Positions 53,911 through 62,843 of a stretch of DNA of 64,000 nucleotides are shown piece after piece. A model generated the notes under the pieces. It saw only the letters and a program-made list of their open reading frames with translations. It ran no database searches and was not told the DNA's origin. Both the position numbers and the translations under genes were made by a program. The stretch comes from Actinomycetota bacterium (GTDB lineage: Bacteria; Actinomycetota; Acidimicrobiia; IMCC26256; JACDBD01): contig JBQTGU010000073.1 of assembly GCA_052390575.1 (NCBI GenBank), forward strand, positions 9,742-73,741. The letters run 5' to 3'. Each line of letters opens with the position of its first letter. The first letter of the stretch is position 1.

Positions 53911-55115
53911 TCACCGCAGACGTGGTCGTCGTCGGCGGGGGTGTGGCCGGTGGCGCTGCCGCATGCGCACTGGGAAGCCGCGGCCTCGAAGTGGTCGTCA
54001 TCGAACGCAAGCGTGCCGAGAGCACGGTGAACCGCGGGGAGGTGCTCCACGCCGGAGCTCAGGCGCTGCTGCAACAGTGGGGCGTCATGAGTGACTTCGA
54101 GTCCGCCATCGCGGCACGCCTCGAGCGGTACCGGCTGCATCATCACCTTCTCGGCAAGATCGCGGACTTCGACCAGCGGGGCGACATCGTTGTTCCTCAT
54201 CCGGTCATCGAGGAACTGCTGCTTCGGTTTGCCGAGGAGAAGCTCAACGGCAAGGTGGTCCGAGGTATGTCGGCCCGCGAGCTGCTCGTCGAGAGCGGTC
54301 GCGTCATCGGTGTCCGCGCTCAGGGGACAGGCGAGGACGTCGAGGTCCGCGCGCACGCGACGGTCGGAGCCGACGGCAGCAGCTCGTTCGTGCGAACGAC
54401 GCTGGACATCGACTGCCCGGCGGAGCCCTACAGCCACGAGCTCTGCTATGCAGAGGCTCCCCGACAGCCCGACATGCTGGGCAACGAAATCTACCTCGGT
54501 CGGCGCGGCTTCATCATGCGGCGACCGATCGGAACCGACCGTATGAGGGTCAGCTTCGCCACGCCTCGCGGTGGCGGTGCCGGCATGCTCCGCCTCTCCG
54601 AGGAGGACCTGGCGAACGAGTTGGGCCGGCGCTGGCCCGTGTTTCGAGGCTGGCGCATCGAGCGCGAGGGCAGGCACGTCTACGCGCTCACCCGACAGCA
54701 TGCATGCAGCTACTGGCGGCCCGGTGTCGCGCTCGTCGGGGATGCCGCCCATGTGAACCATCCCGCGACCGGGACCGGGATGCACATGGCGATGCAGGAC
54801 GCAGAGGCGCTCGCCGCACGACTCGCAGAGGGGATCGGCACACCTTCGTCGGTGGACGGCGCCCTGGCTCAGTACGAGGCCGACCGTCGAGGGCAAGTGA
54901 CCGCGAACATCGAGCGGACTCATCAGGTCGCCACGTTCGTGCTCGGGTCCGGAGTGATCGCGGCGTGGCGACGATTCAGTGTGCTGCTCGCGTACCGCCT
55001 GACGCGGGCGGCGCGGCGCATCTCACTCTTGGCCCTCCCGAAGTTCTCGGTGCCCGCGGTACTGCGGGTCGCGTTCCAGCGCCAGCCCGAAGGAAAGGGC
55101 GTTTACCGTGCCTGA
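53907..55115 (+). CDS. FAD-dependent monooxygenase (UbiH/PHBH-fold)
   Basis: VVVVGGGVAGGAAA dinucleotide motif and GDAAHVNHPATGTGMHMAMQDA. Confidence 0.85.
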   Translation: MITADVVVVGGGVAGGAAACALGSRGLEVVVIERKRAESTVNRGEVLHAGAQALLQQWGVMSDFESAIAARLERYRLHHHLLGKIADFDQRGDIVVPHPVIEELLLRFAEEKLNGKVVRGMSARELLVESGRVIGVRAQGTGEDVEVRAHATVGADGSSSFVRTTLDIDCPAEPYSHELCYAEAPRQPDMLGNEIYLGRRGFIMRRPIGTDRMRVSFATPRGGGAGMLRLSEEDLANELGRRWPVFRGWRIEREGRHVYALTRQHACSYWRPGVALVGDAAHVNHPATGTGMHMAMQDAEALAARLAEGIGTPSSVDGALAQYEADRRGQVTANIERTHQVATFVLGSGVIAAWRRFSVLLAYRLTRAARRISLLALPKFSVPAVLRVAFQRQPEGKGVYRA

Positions 55116-56004
55116 GGAACTGGCGACCCTGCTCCAGCACCTCGTGAACGCGCTGTCGATCAGCTCGATCTACGTACTGCTCGGGACCGGTCTCACACTC
55201 ATCTTCGGCCTGTCGCGCCTCATCAACTTCGCGCATGGGCAGTTCCTCGTGCTCGGCGGCTTTCTCGCGTGGCAGCTGACCGAGTCAGGCGTCAACTACT
55301 TCGTCGCGGCAGGAGTCGCGATGATCGCGGTCGGTGCGCTCGGTGTTGCCAGCGACGTTCTCCTCTTTCGACGGACGATCGGTCGGCCGATGGACGGGTT
55401 CGTCGCATCCCTCGGGCTCGCCATCGCGCTCCAGGCGGTCATGGCGAAGATCTGGTCGGCGGATCTCCACCAGATCGACAAGCCGTTGGTCGGTGTCTGG
55501 GAGTTCGGCGACGTGGACGTCCCCAAGGATCGGGTGCTCGTCTTCGGTGTGGTCGCCATTGTGGTCGTGGCGCTGTTCCTGGTCCTCGAGGCAAGCGGTC
55601 TCGGTCGCTCGCTCAAGGCGGCGGCCGAGAACCCCGACGCGGCGCGACTCATCGGGGTGAACGTCGGCATGTCCATCGCCGTGTCGTTCTTCCTCGGGAG
55701 CGCGATGGCCGCGCTCGGAGGAGCGCTCATCGGGATGGTCGTCCCCTTCACTGCCCTCGGCGGCGGCCAGTTCATCATCAAGGGCTTCGCAGTCGCGCTC
55801 ATCGGTGGCCTCGGGAACGTGCGCGGCGCGGCGCTCGCGGGCGTGCTCCTCGGTCTGGTGGAGACCCTCGGCTCGGCCTACGAGGTCAACCTCGGCATTG
55901 TGGCGATCGGCTCCGAGTGGCGGGATGGCTTCGCCTTCGGGCTCATGATCGTCCTCCTGGCCTGGCGGCCGCAAGGCCTGTTTCGGACGCGAGAGCGCGT
56001 GTAG
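55108..56004 (+). CDS. LIV-type ABC permease (LivH-like)
   Basis: 298 aa, multi-TM. INFAHGQF motif. Confidence 0.9.
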   Translation: MPEELATLLQHLVNALSISSIYVLLGTGLTLIFGLSRLINFAHGQFLVLGGFLAWQLTESGVNYFVAAGVAMIAVGALGVASDVLLFRRTIGRPMDGFVASLGLAIALQAVMAKIWSADLHQIDKPLVGVWEFGDVDVPKDRVLVFGVVAIVVVALFLVLEASGLGRSLKAAAENPDAARLIGVNVGMSIAVSFFLGSAMAALGGALIGMVVPFTALGGGQFIIKGFAVALIGGLGNVRGAALAGVLLGLVETLGSAYEVNLGIVAIGSEWRDGFAFGLMIVLLAWRPQGLFRTRERV

Positions 56005-56011
56005 GGGAGAC

Positions 56012-56977
56012 TTGAGAGTCGACGTCCACGCCCACCACTACGATCCTCGCTACCTCGATGCCCTCACCCGGGCGGGGAGCAGCGACCCCCGAGTCGTCGC
56101 GTTCGCGCCCGGAAGCAAGCTGTCGCTCCGGGAACGCAGCGTGCTGCTGGGCGATGCCGGCATCGACGTCCAGATCTTGTCGATCTCCGCGCTGATGCCA
56201 GATGTTCCGACGGCGGGTGACGCGCTTGCCCTGGCTCAACTCTCGAACGACATCTATCACGACGCGGCCACCGGCAACGACGGGCGGTACCGCGCCTTCG
56301 GTGCGGCTCCATTGCCGCACGTCGACGAGGCCATCGAGGAGACGGGCCGGTGTCTCGACGAGCTCGCCATGTTGGGCATGACCGTGGGCTGCTCGATGGG
56401 AGGTCGCCCCCTCGACGACCCCGCGTTCGACCCGTTCTTCGCCGAGCTCGACCGGAGAGGCGCCGTGCTCTTCCTGCATCCCCGCGGGACGGGGTGCGGG
56501 CCTCACAGCGAGGAGTTCGGGATGCCGTGGATCATCGGAGCGCCGATCGAGGACGCGATTGCCTGCCTCCGTCTGATCCTCTCCGGGATGCTGGACCGTT
56601 ACCCAGACATCAGGTTCATCATCCCTCATCTGGGCGGGATGCTGCCCTTCGTGGCGCAGAGACTCGACGACTCCGTCGAGCGACAGCGAACAGCTGGGTT
56701 CCCGCACTCGATCACGACGCCACCCACCGAGTACCTGAGGCGCCTGTGGTTCGACACCGTGAGCGAGCACATCCCTGCGCTGCGATGCGCCTGCGACTCG
56801 GTAGGAGCCGACCGCCTCCTCCTCGGTACCGATTTTCCGTTCACCGAGAGCCTGCGCCGCTGCGTGACGTACGTGGAGGAGGCCGGCCTGTCGAAGACGG
56901 ACGAGACCGCGATCCTGGAGCGGACTGCGGAGACCCTGCTCGGGCTCGAGCCCGTCGGCGAGGTGGGAGGACCATGA
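56012..56977 (+). CDS. Amidohydrolase-2 (ACMSD/decarboxylase-hydratase) family protein
   Basis: TTG start. VDVHAHH metal motif and C-terminal LLGTDFPF. Confidence 0.8.
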   Translation: MRVDVHAHHYDPRYLDALTRAGSSDPRVVAFAPGSKLSLRERSVLLGDAGIDVQILSISALMPDVPTAGDALALAQLSNDIYHDAATGNDGRYRAFGAAPLPHVDEAIEETGRCLDELAMLGMTVGCSMGGRPLDDPAFDPFFAELDRRGAVLFLHPRGTGCGPHSEEFGMPWIIGAPIEDAIACLRLILSGMLDRYPDIRFIIPHLGGMLPFVAQRLDDSVERQRTAGFPHSITTPPTEYLRRLWFDTVSEHIPALRCACDSVGADRLLLGTDFPFTESLRRCVTYVEEAGLSKTDETAILERTAETLLGLEPVGEVGGP

Positions 56978-57846
56978 ACGACCGCGTGGTACGACGTTTG
57001 GCGGCGATCGAGGTGACGGTTCCCTCGCCGGCGGAGAGCGCGACGTTCCTTGAGACCGCGCTCGACTTCGAGCGGCGCTCGGTCGACGGCGTCGAACACC
57101 TGACCACCGAAGGCAACTACGGCCTAGACACCCCGGCTCGGATGCTCACCCTGCTCCCCGGGGCTGAGCTGGGCATCGCCGGTGTCGTCTTCGAGACCGA
57201 CTCGGAGGCCGACCTGGGCCAGATCGCCACGCGGCTGGAGGTGGCAGGTGTCGCGGCCGAGCGGATCGACGAGGACGTGCGCGGCGGCCGCGGTGTGCGC
57301 TTCGCGACTGAAGCCGGGCTCCCGATCGAGGTTCGGCTTCCGGCTCGGCACTTCGATGGCTCCCTCGGGCCCTCGGACGTGCGCCCGAGGCGACTCGGGC
57401 ACGTGAACCTCAAGACGCCCGGGCCACCCGCCGCGGCCGCGTTCTTCCATGACACGCTGGGCCTGCGCCTCACCGAGCAGGTCGGCGAAGCGCTGTTTTT
57501 CCTTCGCATCAACTCCGACCACCACAACCTCGCGCTGCGGCCGGCGGACGCCGCCAACGTGCACCACGTCGCCTTCGAGGTCCAGGGCTGGGACAGCCTG
57601 CGAGTCGTGTGCGACCACCTCGCCGCTCGCGGGCACCAGATCGAGTACGGACCCGGCCGGCACGCGCCCGGCCATCAGCTCTTCGTCTACCTGCGCGACC
57701 CGTCGTCGGGGTTGCGCCTCGAGCTCTTCACCGACATGGCGCACATCGACGACGAGGCCACGTATCAACCGATCAAGCGAGACATCGACCGGACGCGGTC
57801 GGTCAACGTCTGGGGGCCGGCGCCTCCTCCGAGCTTCCTCGAGTAG
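56974..57846 (+). CDS. Two-domain VOC extradiol ring-cleavage dioxygenase-like protein
   Basis: HVNLKT, HHVAFEV, YLRDPSSGLRLEL. ATGA overlap with the upstream gene. Confidence 0.8.
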   Translation: MNDRVVRRLAAIEVTVPSPAESATFLETALDFERRSVDGVEHLTTEGNYGLDTPARMLTLLPGAELGIAGVVFETDSEADLGQIATRLEVAGVAAERIDEDVRGGRGVRFATEAGLPIEVRLPARHFDGSLGPSDVRPRRLGHVNLKTPGPPAAAAFFHDTLGLRLTEQVGEALFFLRINSDHHNLALRPADAANVHHVAFEVQGWDSLRVVCDHLAARGHQIEYGPGRHAPGHQLFVYLRDPSSGLRLELFTDMAHIDDEATYQPIKRDIDRTRSVNVWGPAPPPSFLE

Positions 57847-57852
57847 ACGCCG

Positions 57853-59274
57853 TCACCAGCGGATGCCGTTGAGCACCAGCAGCCGCGGCTCGGTCATCTC
57901 CTGGATCGCGTACCGAACTCCCTCACGACCCGAACCGGACTCCTTGACGCCGCCGTACGGCATCTCGTCGGCCCGCCACGAGGCGACGTCGTTGACGATG
58001 ACGCCGCCCACCTGGAGCCGTTCGAAGGCGCGAAACGTGCGGTCGAGGCTCCCGGTGAATACGGCTGCCTGGAGCCCAAAACGACCGGAGTTGACCGAAT
58101 CGAGGACGCGGTCGAAGTCGTCGAAGCGATCGACGGAGAGGACGGGGCCGAAGACCTCCTCGCACGACACCTTCATTGCCGGGTCGACGTCCGTGAGGAT
58201 CGTCGGCAGGTAGAACGGGTCTTCGCGCTTGCCGCCGGTCACGGCACGAGCGCCGCCGGCAACGGCCTCGCCAACCCACGTCTCGACGCGGGCAGTGTTG
58301 GAAGCATCGATGAGCGGGCCCACGTCGGTCTCCTCGTCGGCGGGGTCACCCACGACGAGCGCGTCGGTCTTCGCCACGAGCTGTTCGAGGAGCGAGTCGA
58401 AGATCTCTCGTTCGGCGTACACGCGCTGGGCCGAGATGCAGGACTGTCCCGCCTGGTTGAACGCGCCCCAGGTGATGCGGTCGGCGGCAAGGTCGAGGAC
58501 CGCGTCGGCGCAGACCACGACGGCGGCGTTCCCGCCGAGCTCGAGGGTCACGCGGGCGCGCGGTGCCCGGCGACGGAGTTCCCAGCCGACCTCGGCCGAG
58601 CCCGTAAACGAGATCTTGGCGATTCGCGAGTCGTCCACGATCGCCTCGATCGCTGACCCCCTGACCGGCACCACCGAGAGATACCCGGGAGCGACACCGG
58701 CCTCGTCGAGGACGCGTCCGAGCGCGAGACCGGAGAGAGCGGTCGCCGTCGCCGGCTTGAGGATGATCGGGCAGCCGGCGGCGAGCGCGGGCCCGACCTT
58801 GTGGGCGGCGAGGTTGAGCGGGTAGTTGAACGGGGTGATCCCCAGCACCGGGCCCGCCGGCACCCGGGTGACCAACCCCGCCCGGTCCCCGTAGGCTGCG
58901 GCGGTGTCGAGCGGGAGCAGCTCGCCGTCGAGTCGCCGGGCCTCCTCGGCTGACCACCGCAGCGTCGACGCGAGGCGGGCGACCTCGGCTCGAGCCGCCT
59001 TGAGCGGCTTGCCGCCTTCGACGACGAGGAGACGAGCGAGTTCAGCACTGTCTCGCACGACGATTTCGGCCGCGCGCGCCAGCCACTTCGATCGCTCATG
59101 ACGCGGCGGCGGCCCGGCGGCATGGGCGGCCGCGGCCGCCGCCACCGCGTCCTTGAGATCCTGGGGCGTGGGCACGTCGTACTGATCGACGACGGCATCG
59201 TCGAACGGCGAGCGCAACTGGGTCGAGGCCGGCGAACTTCGCCATTTCCCCGCGAGATAGAACGGCTGACTCAT
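57853..59274 (-). CDS. NAD(P)-dependent aldehyde dehydrogenase
   Basis: 473 aa. LELGGNA (catalytic Glu) and GQSCISAQR (catalytic Cys). Confidence 0.9.
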   Translation of the reverse strand: MSQPFYLAGKWRSSPASTQLRSPFDDAVVDQYDVPTPQDLKDAVAAAAAAHAAGPPPRHERSKWLARAAEIVVRDSAELARLLVVEGGKPLKAARAEVARLASTLRWSAEEARRLDGELLPLDTAAAYGDRAGLVTRVPAGPVLGITPFNYPLNLAAHKVGPALAAGCPIILKPATATALSGLALGRVLDEAGVAPGYLSVVPVRGSAIEAIVDDSRIAKISFTGSAEVGWELRRRAPRARVTLELGGNAAVVVCADAVLDLAADRITWGAFNQAGQSCISAQRVYAEREIFDSLLEQLVAKTDALVVGDPADEETDVGPLIDASNTARVETWVGEAVAGGARAVTGGKREDPFYLPTILTDVDPAMKVSCEEVFGPVLSVDRFDDFDRVLDSVNSGRFGLQAAVFTGSLDRTFRAFERLQVGGVIVNDVASWRADEMPYGGVKESGSGREGVRYAIQEMTEPRLLVLNGIRW

Positions 59275-59285
59275 CGTCGCTCCCG

Positions 59286-60272
59286 TCAGGGCTTCGAGGC
59301 GAACGGCTTCAAGGTCGCGAGCTCGCCGAGCTGCACGCCGTAGCCGTGGGCCAGCGCGTCGCGGTACGCGGCACGCGCGATGGCGAGGTCCTGGAGCGCG
59401 GTTCCCACCGATTTGAACACTAAGAGGTCGTGCGCGCGGTCGCGGCGTAGCGACGCCTGACCCGTGCAGAGGGAGGACAGGGCGACCAGGCGGTGAGGCG
59501 CGAGCGCTCCCGCCTCGACTGCGTCGGCGATGTCACCCGACTCCAGCTGGAGCTGGCTCACGTCGTCCCCGACGACGGTCCCGGCGCGCGCGAGCGCCGC
59601 CCGGTCGAGCTCACGGAGGTCGAGGCGCGTCGACCCAATGGAGAGGAGGACGGACTCCGGGGCGATCGCGGCGCCCTCGACCACCGGTTGCGTCGACTTG
59701 GTCGCCAGCACGACCACACGCTGGCCTTCGACGGCGGCGATGCAGGAGTCCACGCCCCGGACGGCGATGCCGAGCTCCGACTGCATCATCTCGGCGAAAC
59801 GCTTCCGGCGCTCGGGAGTCGGGCTGAAGACCAGCACGTCCTCCAGCGGCCACAGCGCCGCCAGCGCCCGCAACTCTCCGACCGCCTCGAACCCCGACCC
59901 GAGCAGCCCCAACCGCCGGGGCGCCTCATCGACGAGGTGGCGGGCCGCCAAGGCTGTCGTCGCAGCCGTCCGGTAGCGCGTCAACTCGTCGGCATCGAAC
60001 ATCGCGAGGAGTGCTCCGGTCTTGACTTCGTACAGCAACACGAAGTACCGGGTGCCCACGCCCTCCGCCAGGGTCATCACCTTGAGACCCATGACGTCGT
60101 CGAGGACTCCCGGCATCACGCGGATGAACCCGCCACCGGACGGGACGTCGATACGGGCAGGAAGCTCGGTGCCGCCGGCCGCTTCGACCGAGAAGGCCTC
60201 TTCCATGGCGAGCAACGCGAGCGACTGCGACATCTTGCCGTCGAGCGAATCCGCGCCAAGGAACAACGTCAA
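59286..60272 (-). CDS. Ornithine cyclodeaminase / mu-crystallin family protein
   Basis: GLLGSGFEA Rossmann motif. Start uncertain: TTG 60272, or ATG 60341 which would overlap the upstream gene. Confidence 0.75.
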   Translation of the reverse strand: MTLFLGADSLDGKMSQSLALLAMEEAFSVEAAGGTELPARIDVPSGGGFIRVMPGVLDDVMGLKVMTLAEGVGTRYFVLLYEVKTGALLAMFDADELTRYRTAATTALAARHLVDEAPRRLGLLGSGFEAVGELRALAALWPLEDVLVFSPTPERRKRFAEMMQSELGIAVRGVDSCIAAVEGQRVVVLATKSTQPVVEGAAIAPESVLLSIGSTRLDLRELDRAALARAGTVVGDDVSQLQLESGDIADAVEAGALAPHRLVALSSLCTGQASLRRDRAHDLLVFKSVGTALQDLAIARAAYRDALAHGYGVQLGELATLKPFASKP

Positions 60273-60300
60273 CGTGACCAGCGATTCCCTGTCGCGTTGC

Positions 60301-61317
60301 TCATGAGGGGTGCCGCCCGACCAGGAACTCGCCATCGTCATCGGGCACGTCGAATCCCGATGCCGCGACGCCCTGTCGGAGCGAGCGCATCTGCCCGGGA
60401 TTCAGTCGCATCTGGGGCATGCGGAGCACGCCCCCGTTGAACCCTTGGAGCCAACTCAAGTACTTCCAGCCGTTCCGATGGATCAGGTTGGCGCCCGCGA
60501 ACGTGGCATGGAACGCACCCTTGGCCTCGCGTGCCGGCTGGTGGCTCCAGTAGAGCTCCATCGCCTCGTCCCAGCGACCTTCGTGGAGCATGCGGAACCA
60601 GCGTGGCGGTCGATCCCCGAACGACTCGTAGGCGCTGCTTCCCATCCACTGCATGCCGAACCAGTCGACGAGCCCGGGCGCGTGCTGCTCCATCGGGCAC
60701 TCGACGATGACGTCATGTCCGCAGCGGCGGAGGATGTCGGCGATTCCCGCGACCAGCCCGGGGCTGTTGGCCTCGTACTTGACCGCAGCGGCGGTGGGGA
60801 GCTTCGCCATCTCCGCGATCGCCTCGGGTGGGAACTGGCTCGGGTGCAGCGTGCGGAACCCCCAGGTCGACACCGCGAACAGGATCAGCGCGAGGTCGGT
60901 CTGCTCGGAAAGATCCCGGGTGTAGGAGACGATGTCGGCGGGCGTCGTCGGTTGGAAGGTCGGCGGGTACGTGAGGAGGCCGCCCTCGAGCCCGAGGGCC
61001 TCGGCGGCTCCCGCCGCTCGGATGGCCTCGTCGGTGGTGCTGAAGCTGAGGTGGGCGACCACACGGAATCCGGCCGGTGCCGCGTCGGCGGCGATCTCCA
61101 TGAACCGGACGTACTCGTCGAAGGTCGTGCCCGACTCGGACGCGACCAGCGTGCCCCAATAGCCGAGGTCTGCGGCCCGCTGGACGTCGTGGCGAATGCC
61201 CGCCTCGTTCAGGGCGCCGAAGTCGGCGGAGAACGAGGGCAACGTGACGTTGCACAGGCCCCGCCACTGGGCGCGGGCCCGCTCCTTGACGTCGGCGCGA
61301 CCGTAGGGCAGCGGCAT
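60301..61317 (-). CDS. DapA/dihydrodipicolinate synthase-family aldolase-like protein
   Basis: 338 aa. TIM-barrel pattern with a candidate Schiff-base Lys in AAVKYE. GAGGAGG RBS. Confidence 0.75.
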   Translation of the reverse strand: MPLPYGRADVKERARAQWRGLCNVTLPSFSADFGALNEAGIRHDVQRAADLGYWGTLVASESGTTFDEYVRFMEIAADAAPAGFRVVAHLSFSTTDEAIRAAGAAEALGLEGGLLTYPPTFQPTTPADIVSYTRDLSEQTDLALILFAVSTWGFRTLHPSQFPPEAIAEMAKLPTAAAVKYEANSPGLVAGIADILRRCGHDVIVECPMEQHAPGLVDWFGMQWMGSSAYESFGDRPPRWFRMLHEGRWDEAMELYWSHQPAREAKGAFHATFAGANLIHRNGWKYLSWLQGFNGGVLRMPQMRLNPGQMRSLRQGVAASGFDVPDDDGEFLVGRHPS

Positions 61318-61342
61318 GGGGCCGGCCTCCTCTAGCGAACAA

Positions 61343-61354
61343 TACTGTATTCAC
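61343..61354 (-). promoter_or_regulatory. GTGAATACAGTA motif upstream of the DapA-like operon
   Basis: On the minus strand, TACAGT lies 26 nt upstream of ATG 61317. The 11-mer GTGAATACAGT is identical to the one at 39448-39460. Confidence 0.5.
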
Positions 61355-61439
61355 TCTACACTCGGCGGGTGGTCGTGCCAACCGGACTTGCCGCGGGATG
61401 GGCGGCGGGCGCGAGCCGCGCCATGACGAGGGAGGATCC

Positions 61440-62162
61440 ATGCCGGCAAGCCCGACAACGCTGGCCGGCTCGGTCGGCGTCGTCACGGGCGGGGCCGGCG
61501 GCATCGGGCGGGCGGTGGTCACCGGCGCAGAGGGGCTCGGCGCCCGCGTGGCCTGCCTCGACACGGCCGAAGGCGCGGCCGGATGCAACCTGGCGTGCGA
61601 CGTCACCGACGAGGCGGACGTCGCGAACGCGATCGCCGAGGTGGAGCGGGTGCTCGGCCCGATCAGCTTCTTGGTCTGCGGCGCCGGCGTCGTTTCCGAA
61701 TTCCCGGTGGCGGAGCTCGACGTTGCCGAATGGCGTCGAGTCATCGACGTCTCGCTGCTCGGGACGTTTCTTGCGGCGCGAGCCGTGCTCCCCTCGATGA
61801 CCAAGCGCGGGCAGGGGCGGATCGTGGCGCTGTCGTCGGGGCACGCGACCAGGGGGTACCCCGGAGGTTCGCACTACGCGGCGGCGAAGGCGGGCGTGGA
61901 GGCGTTCGTCAAGTCGCTGGCGCTCGAGGTAGCCCCGCAAGCCATCACCGTGAACGCAGTCGCGCCCGGCCCGGTCGCGACGGCGATGCTCGAGGGGGTC
62001 GCGGCCGGCAAGGCGTTGCCACGACTCGAGGCGTCGATTCCACTCGGCCGCATCGCCCGCCCGGAGGATGTCGTTGGGCCCGTGATGTTCCTGCTCGGGC
62101 CAGGGGCGGGCCACATGACGGGCCAGGTCCTGCACGTGAACGGCGGAATGCTCATGCCCTGA
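61440..62162 (+). CDS. SDR-family oxidoreductase (FabG-like)
   Basis: TGGAGGIG and YAAAKAG. GGGAGGAT RBS. Confidence 0.9.
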   Translation: MPASPTTLAGSVGVVTGGAGGIGRAVVTGAEGLGARVACLDTAEGAAGCNLACDVTDEADVANAIAEVERVLGPISFLVCGAGVVSEFPVAELDVAEWRRVIDVSLLGTFLAARAVLPSMTKRGQGRIVALSSGHATRGYPGGSHYAAAKAGVEAFVKSLALEVAPQAITVNAVAPGPVATAMLEGVAAGKALPRLEASIPLGRIARPEDVVGPVMFLLGPGAGHMTGQVLHVNGGMLMP

Positions 62163-62193
62163 AGACAAGGCGCGGAGGAACACGGATGGAGGA

Positions 62194-62781
62194 GTGATGG
62201 CCTGGATTCCCATGGTGGACGAACCCGATGCGGAGGGCACCCTCGCGGAGCTGTACGTCAGTGCCCGCGCGCGCTTCGGGTTCGTGCCCGACGCGGTCAG
62301 GATCTTCAGCATCCGCCCAGACGTCGCCGTGGTCCAGGACGCGCTGCGGCAAGCGGTCCTCGGCGAAGCGTCGACCCTCGGTGCTCGACGGGCAGATCTC
62401 ATTGGTGCGGCCGTTTCCGGCATGAACCACTGCGAGTACTGCGGGACCGCGCACACCGGCCTCCTCGCGCGGCGCGGCGATCTCGACGGAGACGAGGCAG
62501 TCCAGGTCTACAAGGACTGGCGCCGGGTCGACCTGGCCCCCGACGAGCAGAAAATGCTCGAGTTCGCCGAGAAGCTGACCTTCACACCGGCGATGGTCAC
62601 CGAAGCGGACGTGCAGGAGCTCCGCGACCACGGCTTCAGCGATGTCAACGTGTTCGACATCGTGTTGCTCACTGCATACCGCAACTTCATGAACCGCGTG
62701 AACGACGGACTGGGCGTCGCGACCGACCGCCTGAGGGGACGCTTCGGGCCCGAGCACGTCGAGGCGATCGCCAACACCTGA
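62194..62781 (+). CDS. Carboxymuconolactone decarboxylase/AhpD-like 'peroxidase-related' protein
   Basis: CEYCGTAH CxxC motif and a two-domain CMD layout. Confidence 0.8.
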   Translation: MMAWIPMVDEPDAEGTLAELYVSARARFGFVPDAVRIFSIRPDVAVVQDALRQAVLGEASTLGARRADLIGAAVSGMNHCEYCGTAHTGLLARRGDLDGDEAVQVYKDWRRVDLAPDEQKMLEFAEKLTFTPAMVTEADVQELRDHGFSDVNVFDIVLLTAYRNFMNRVNDGLGVATDRLRGRFGPEHVEAIANT

Positions 62782-62798
62782 GCCTGGCAGAGCCAGGC
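62782..62798 (+). terminator. Hairpin GCCTGGC-AGA-GCCAGGC immediately after the stop codon
   Basis: Perfect 7-bp stem. There is no U-tract. Confidence 0.35.
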
Positions 62799-62808
62799 AT
62801 GAGGCGCC

Positions 62809-62839
62809 TTGTGGGGTCTCCCTCAAATGAATACAGTCG
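62809..62839 (+). promoter_or_regulatory. Leaderless-type promoter TTGTGG-17-TACAGT carrying TGAATACAGTCG
   Basis: The -10 ends 6 nt before ATG 62844. Confidence 0.5.
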
Positions 62840-62843
62840 GCAG

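Noticed and set aside
59286-60341. ATG 60341 as the start of the OCD-family gene.
   Set aside because: It would overlap the upstream DapA-like gene by 41 nt and add an N-terminal tail that looks non-conserved. This is not fully excluded.
62799-62843. ATG 62799 as the start of the DUF2848 gene.
   Set aside because: It would begin immediately after a terminator-like hairpin and would place the TACAGT promoter motif inside the ORF. Family N-termini, as I recall them, begin near MHHLRLNLG.
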